In this document: positions 15,067-19,236 of the stretch, one piece after another | Layout of the letters: every line of letters begins with the position of its first letter | Numbering within the stretch: the stretch's first letter is position 1 | NCBI GenBank assembly: GCA_031372065.1 | Contig: JANMKN010000092.1 | Span: 1-19,236, forward strand | Length of the DNA stretch: 19,236 nucleotides | Source of the DNA: Abditibacteriaceae bacterium | Lineage (GTDB): Bacteria > Armatimonadota > Abditibacteriia > Abditibacteriales > Abditibacteriaceae | Direction: 5' to 3' | Made by a program: the position numbers and the translations under genes | The notes under the pieces: model-generated | Databases searched by the model: none | Told to the model about the DNA's origin: nothing | What the model saw: only the letters and a program-made list of their open reading frames with translations

Positions 15067-16944
15067 ATGAAATTTCGCACGATGCTTTTGGGTGCCTTGC
15101 TGCTGCCGAACGTCGCCCACGCTGAAACGTTGCCGCCGTTGGACGCGGGCAAGGCGCCGCAAAACTTTGATGAAATGTGGGCTGGTTTCGACCCGCGCCG
15201 CGAGCCGCTGGAAACCGAAGTTCTCAAAGAATGGGAACAAGACGGCGTGGTGCTACGCGTGGTGCGCTTTCGTATCGGCGTTTTCAAGGGCCAAAAGGCG
15301 ATGCTGGCGGCGGTTTACGGCTTTCCCAAAGGCGCCGCACACTTGCCCGGCCTCGTGCAGATTCACGGCGGCGGCCAATATGCCGACTACAAAGCGCCGC
15401 TCACCAACGCGCAGCGCGGCTACGCCACGGTTTCCATCGCGTGGGCGGGCCGCATCAGCGCGCCCGGTTACACGGTGAACAACGACGTGGTGAAACTGTT
15501 CTGGGAGGGCAAAACCACCGACGCGGCCTACAAGCTCACCACCGACTGGGGCGCGCTTGATGCCTATCACGCGCCGTGCCGCAACGAGAAAAACGCCTTC
15601 GCCAACGTCAACGCCGTGCCGTGGACTTTGGACGAAGTGGAATCGCCGCGCAATAATCCGTGGTTTCTGTGCGCGCTCGGCGCGCGGCGCGCCCTGACAT
15701 TTTTGGAGCAGCAAAACGAAGTGGACGCAGAGAAACTCGGCGTTTACGGCCACAGCATGGGCGGCAAAATCACCGTGATGACCGCCGCCGCCGATGCGCG
15801 CGTCAAAGCCGCCGCGCCTTCGTGCGGCGGGCTGAGCGATCTCGATTCCAACAACGCGCTTTATCGCGCCACCATTAACGACGACCAAAGCCTGCAACGC
15901 ATCGCCTGCCCGATTATGTTTCTCAGCCCATCCAACGACTTTCACGGGCGCATCAACGACTTGCAAAGCGCGATGCAACTCATCAAAAGCCGCGAGTGGC
16001 GCGTCACCTGTTCGCCGCACCACAACCATCAGGACACTGCCGAATATCAAGTGGCCGGCCCGCTGTGGTTCGACCAAATTTTCAAGGGCACTTTTCAGTT
16101 CCCGCGCACGCCCGCAGCCGCAGTGGAGCTAAAAGCCCGCGACGGCGTGCCGCGCTTCACTGCGACGCCAGACGCGGCCAAGCCCATTCTCGGTGTGGAC
16201 ATTTTCTACACGCAGCAGGGGCAACTTCCCGGCGAGCGCAACGACCACGAAAACACCATGGCGCGCTTCTGGCATTGCGCCAAGGCGCAGCGCACAGGCG
16301 ATTCGTGGACGGCGCCGCTGCCGCTTTTCTCCACCGACAAACCGCTGTGGGCCTACGCCAACGTGCTGTATCCGCTGGAAAAGCCCGTCAGCGGCGCCGG
16401 TTATTACTATGCGGATTACACCGCGCGGCAGTTCACTTTGTCGTCGCGCACGCTGATGATTTCGCCCACCGAACTGCGCGCCGCCGGAGTGCAAGCCACC
16501 GTGCGGCCCTCGCTTCTCATCGAAGAGTTCGCGCCGAATTGGCAAAAGGAATGGTTCACCTACGACCTCACCGACAACTGGGCGCGCAAGACGCACAAGC
16601 TCCACGACCCGCAATGGCAGGCGCCCGCCGGGGCCAAAGTCGCGCTCGAAGTGCGCGCCGCCAACCCGAATCGTTTGGTCATCGGCCTCGACGATTTCGC
16701 CGCCGAAATTGCGCTATCCGGCGGCGCGGCGTGGCAAAGCATCGCGCTTGCGCCCGCCGATTTTCACAACGCCGCCGGAACCGCACGCTCCGATTGGCAA
16801 GGCCTCCGCGAACTCCGTCTCGGCCCCAAAGAAACGCTGCGCCTGCGCGACGAGACGAAAGAATTTGGCGCCAATTGGCAAGGCGCCGCGCCGGAATTTC
16901 GCAATCTGCGCTGGCTGCCGCCCGCCGAGGCTGACAAAAAATGA
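15067..16944 (+). CDS. Secreted alpha/beta-hydrolase (acetylxylan esterase/dienelactone hydrolase-like) with C-terminal CBM-like domain, 625 aa
   Basis: Signal peptide (AHA-E). IHGGG oxyanion motif, nucleophile elbow GVYGHSMGG, candidate Asp (SPSNDFHG) and His (PHHNH). C-terminal WQSIALAPADF...DWQGLRELRL resembles CBM11/CIA30-like jelly rolls. Confidence 0.85.
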   Translation: MKFRTMLLGALLLPNVAHAETLPPLDAGKAPQNFDEMWAGFDPRREPLETEVLKEWEQDGVVLRVVRFRIGVFKGQKAMLAAVYGFPKGAAHLPGLVQIHGGGQYADYKAPLTNAQRGYATVSIAWAGRISAPGYTVNNDVVKLFWEGKTTDAAYKLTTDWGALDAYHAPCRNEKNAFANVNAVPWTLDEVESPRNNPWFLCALGARRALTFLEQQNEVDAEKLGVYGHSMGGKITVMTAAADARVKAAAPSCGGLSDLDSNNALYRATINDDQSLQRIACPIMFLSPSNDFHGRINDLQSAMQLIKSREWRVTCSPHHNHQDTAEYQVAGPLWFDQIFKGTFQFPRTPAAAVELKARDGVPRFTATPDAAKPILGVDIFYTQQGQLPGERNDHENTMARFWHCAKAQRTGDSWTAPLPLFSTDKPLWAYANVLYPLEKPVSGAGYYYADYTARQFTLSSRTLMISPTELRAAGVQATVRPSLLIEEFAPNWQKEWFTYDLTDNWARKTHKLHDPQWQAPAGAKVALEVRAANPNRLVIGLDDFAAEIALSGGAAWQSIALAPADFHNAAGTARSDWQGLRELRLGPKETLRLRDETKEFGANWQGAAPEFRNLRWLPPAEADKK

Positions 16945-17990
16945 ACGCAAAAATCTTGGCCCTGTTAACGCTGTTGGCCGCCCCCGCACTGGCGCAGGCC
17001 GCTGAAACTAAGCCCGCGTTGTGGGCGATGTATTACGCCTGGTATGAAACCGCCGGCGGGCCGCATGGGCGTTGGAGTCAGTGGAGCGAAGACGTATCCA
17101 AGTCGCCAAATCCGAAGCCCAAATCGAAGGCGCAGCCATTGATTGGCTACTACGACAGCGACAATGCCGAGGTCGTGCGCTGGCACGTTCGGCTGGCCAA
17201 GGCGGCGGGCATCGAGGCGTTTTTGGCGTCGTGGTGGGGCGATGCCAATATCAGCGGCGCGGCGTTTGAGAAAGTTATTCTGCCCGTCGCCGCCCAGGAA
17301 AAGTTCAAAGTCGCGCTGTGCAGCGAACTGGCGCAGTTTCACAGCGACGTGAAAGTTTTAACGCGCCAAATGGCCGGCGTGCTGCGCCGCACCAAGGACA
17401 GTCCGGCCTACCTGCGCGTGGATGGCAAGCCGCTGGTTTATCTCTATCAGGTGCCGTTCGACCCGAAGCTGACGCCCGCGACCTTCGATGAACTGCGTCG
17501 GGACGTGGAGGCCGAGGTCGGGCCGGTTTATTGGATGATGGACAAGATTACCAACCCCAACAACAGCGGCCTAACATTTCCCGCCGAGTGGCTGAAGATT
17601 CCCGGAATCCCCATGATCGGCTTCTACGGCACCTTCAGCGTGAAGCGGATTTGGAAATATGAGGAACTCACGCCCGACTATGCGCGGCTGGCCGCGCAGG
17701 CGCACGGGGCCGGCAAAAAAGTGTTCCTGCCCGCGCATCCCGGCCACGACAACAGTGGTTTTCGGCCCGACGACAATTTCGTGATGCCGCGCGAAGACGG
17801 AGCCACGCTGCGCGGTTATCTGCGCGCCGCCACCGAGGCCAAGGCCGACGCCGTGCTGCTGACCAGTTTCAACGAGTGGCCGGAGACGACGAACGTCGAA
17901 CCGTCGTCGTCATGGGCCGATCCGTATTTTTATCTGAAGATTCTGGCGGAATGGAAAAGTCTGAAATTTAAAGCGCCGTCATTGCCGTGA
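16941..17990 (+). CDS. Secreted glycoside hydrolase family 99-like protein (endo-alpha-mannosidase/mannanase family), 349 aa
   Basis: ATGA overlap with the upstream gene. Motifs AMYYAWY, PLIGYYDSDN, AKAAGIEAFLASWWG, YLRVDGKPLVYLY and TSFNEWPETTNVEP (GH99 NEWxE catalytic motif). Confidence 0.85.
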   Translation: MNAKILALLTLLAAPALAQAAETKPALWAMYYAWYETAGGPHGRWSQWSEDVSKSPNPKPKSKAQPLIGYYDSDNAEVVRWHVRLAKAAGIEAFLASWWGDANISGAAFEKVILPVAAQEKFKVALCSELAQFHSDVKVLTRQMAGVLRRTKDSPAYLRVDGKPLVYLYQVPFDPKLTPATFDELRRDVEAEVGPVYWMMDKITNPNNSGLTFPAEWLKIPGIPMIGFYGTFSVKRIWKYEELTPDYARLAAQAHGAGKKVFLPAHPGHDNSGFRPDDNFVMPREDGATLRGYLRAATEAKADAVLLTSFNEWPETTNVEPSSSWADPYFYLKILAEWKSLKFKAPSLP

Positions 17991-18041
17991 ACAGTTCGGG
18001 CTTCGCACAGCAAGACACTTTGGCAAACTTCCGCCTCGCTC

Positions 18042-18953
18042 ATGCCCAAATCCTCCCCGCCGCCACGCGCTTTGCCTTCGCTCGCTCTTGCCGTAAGCGT
18101 GTTGGCGGTTTCCAGCGGTTCGATTTTCGTGCGATTGTCCGACGCGCCACCGTTGGTGACGGCGGCGTGGCGGCTGACTTTTGCCACGGCGCTGCTTCTT
18201 CCGTTTGTTTGGTGGAATGCGCGCCACGAAGTGCGGCAACTGTCGCGCGGCAACCTCGGCATCGGCGCGCTGGCGGGTTTCTTTTTGGCGCTGCACTTTG
18301 CCACATGGATCACGTCGCTGAGCTTCACCACAGTGGCGAACAGCACGGTGCTGGTCAACACCGCGCCGGTATGGGTGGCGCTGCTGACGCCGTGGCTCAC
18401 CGGCGACCGCATCACGCCGCGCGCGTGGCTGGGCATCGGCACCAGCGTGGCCGGTGCAGTGGTGATTGGATTCGGCGATTTTTCAGGCGGCACGCGCGCG
18501 TTGATTGGCGATGCGTTGGCGCTGGCCGGAAGTCTGGCGCTGGCGTTTTATCTGCTGGGCGGGCGCAGGTTGCGCGCCAAGCTGTCGCTGCCTGCTTATC
18601 TCGGCGTTTGCTACAGCAGCGCCACGGTGTTGCTTTGGGTTTGCGTGCTGGCGGGCGGACTGCCTTTCACTGGCTTTGGTAGCGGCACATGGGGCGCGCT
18701 GTTCGGCATGGCGCTAATCAGCCAACACCTCGGCCACAGCAGCTACAACTGGGCGATGCGCTATTTCAGCGCCGGGTTTATCGCGGTGTGTTTGCTGGGC
18801 GAACCGGTCCTCAGTTCGCTGCTGGCGTGGCGCCTTTTCGGCGAAGCACTAACCGGCTTAAAAGTCGCGGGCGGCGCGCTGATTCTCGTCGGAATTTATC
18901 TATCCGCCACGTCGCAAACGAAATCAGAGCCAAAACAAAGCGCACCGGCTTAA
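18042..18953 (+). CDS. DMT/EamA family transporter, 303 aa
   Basis: About 10 hydrophobic helices in two repeats; motifs LALHFATWITSLSFTTVANS, GDALALAGS, LGHSSYNWA and LGEPVLSSLLAWRLFGE. Confidence 0.9.
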   Translation: MPKSSPPPRALPSLALAVSVLAVSSGSIFVRLSDAPPLVTAAWRLTFATALLLPFVWWNARHEVRQLSRGNLGIGALAGFFLALHFATWITSLSFTTVANSTVLVNTAPVWVALLTPWLTGDRITPRAWLGIGTSVAGAVVIGFGDFSGGTRALIGDALALAGSLALAFYLLGGRRLRAKLSLPAYLGVCYSSATVLLWVCVLAGGLPFTGFGSGTWGALFGMALISQHLGHSSYNWAMRYFSAGFIAVCLLGEPVLSSLLAWRLFGEALTGLKVAGGALILVGIYLSATSQTKSEPKQSAPA

Positions 18954-18992
18954 ACTGTCCCACAGTTACTGGCTCGACAGAACGAATTCACC

Positions 18993-19236
18993 ATGAAAAT
19001 CACGCTCACACTCCTCGCCCTGCTGCTCGCTCCACTGGCAGCCCGCTGTGCCGATGCCGACACAAAGACCTTGCGCGTTTTCATCTTTGCCGGCCAGTCC
19101 AACATGGTTGGCTCGGATTCAAAGGTGAAGGACATCAAACGCTTTCCGCCGTTTGCCGGTTTGGACAAGCCGCAGAAGGACGTGCTGTTTTCCTACAAGC
19201 TTGGGCGTGAGGAAATGCAGTCCTCGAACGGCTGGA
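18993..19236 (+). CDS. Secreted SASA-family (sialate/carbohydrate O-acetylesterase) protein, 5' partial
   Basis: Hand translation MKITLTLLALLLAPLAARCADADTKTLRVFIFAGQSNMVGSD...SSNGW is open to the window end. VFIFAGQSNM is the SASA/CE6 catalytic-Ser motif. Not in the ORF track. Confidence 0.85.
   Translation, partial: MKITLTLLALLLAPLAARCADADTKTLRVFIFAGQSNMVGSDSKVKDIKRFPPFAGLDKPQKDVLFSYKLGREEMQSSNGW

Noticed and set aside
18953..18967. Short palindrome AACTGT-CCC-ACAGTT after the EamA stop
   Set aside because: Weak 6-bp stem with no U-tract and a single occurrence; not supportable as a terminator or operator.

Overview
GC-rich bacterial window holding two divergently transcribed runs of genes, nearly all with signal peptides and carbohydrate-enzyme-like features. 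Minus strand: two large DUF4838-like (GH163-related) paralogues, then a >718-aa protein with an intact transglutaminase/PNGase-type Cys-His-Asp triad that runs off the left edge and is missing from the ORF track. Plus strand: a DUF2341-LamG-SASA esterase, an unknown putative TIM-barrel glycosidase, a WbsX/GH99-like protein, a frameshifted and truncated esterase pseudogene, a secreted six-repeat WD40 protein with near-identical repeats, an intact alpha/beta-hydrolase, a GH99, an EamA/DMT transporter and the start of a second SASA esterase. The 540-bp divergent intergenic region contains a 206-bp ISAs1-like miniature element next to a GTAG-type REP pair, plus a second REP-like double hairpin. 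The locus looks like a mosaic glycan/glycoprotein-degradation island with no SusC/D or regulator in the window. Family calls come from motifs recognised by eye, not from database searches. No RNA genes or CRISPR arrays were seen.
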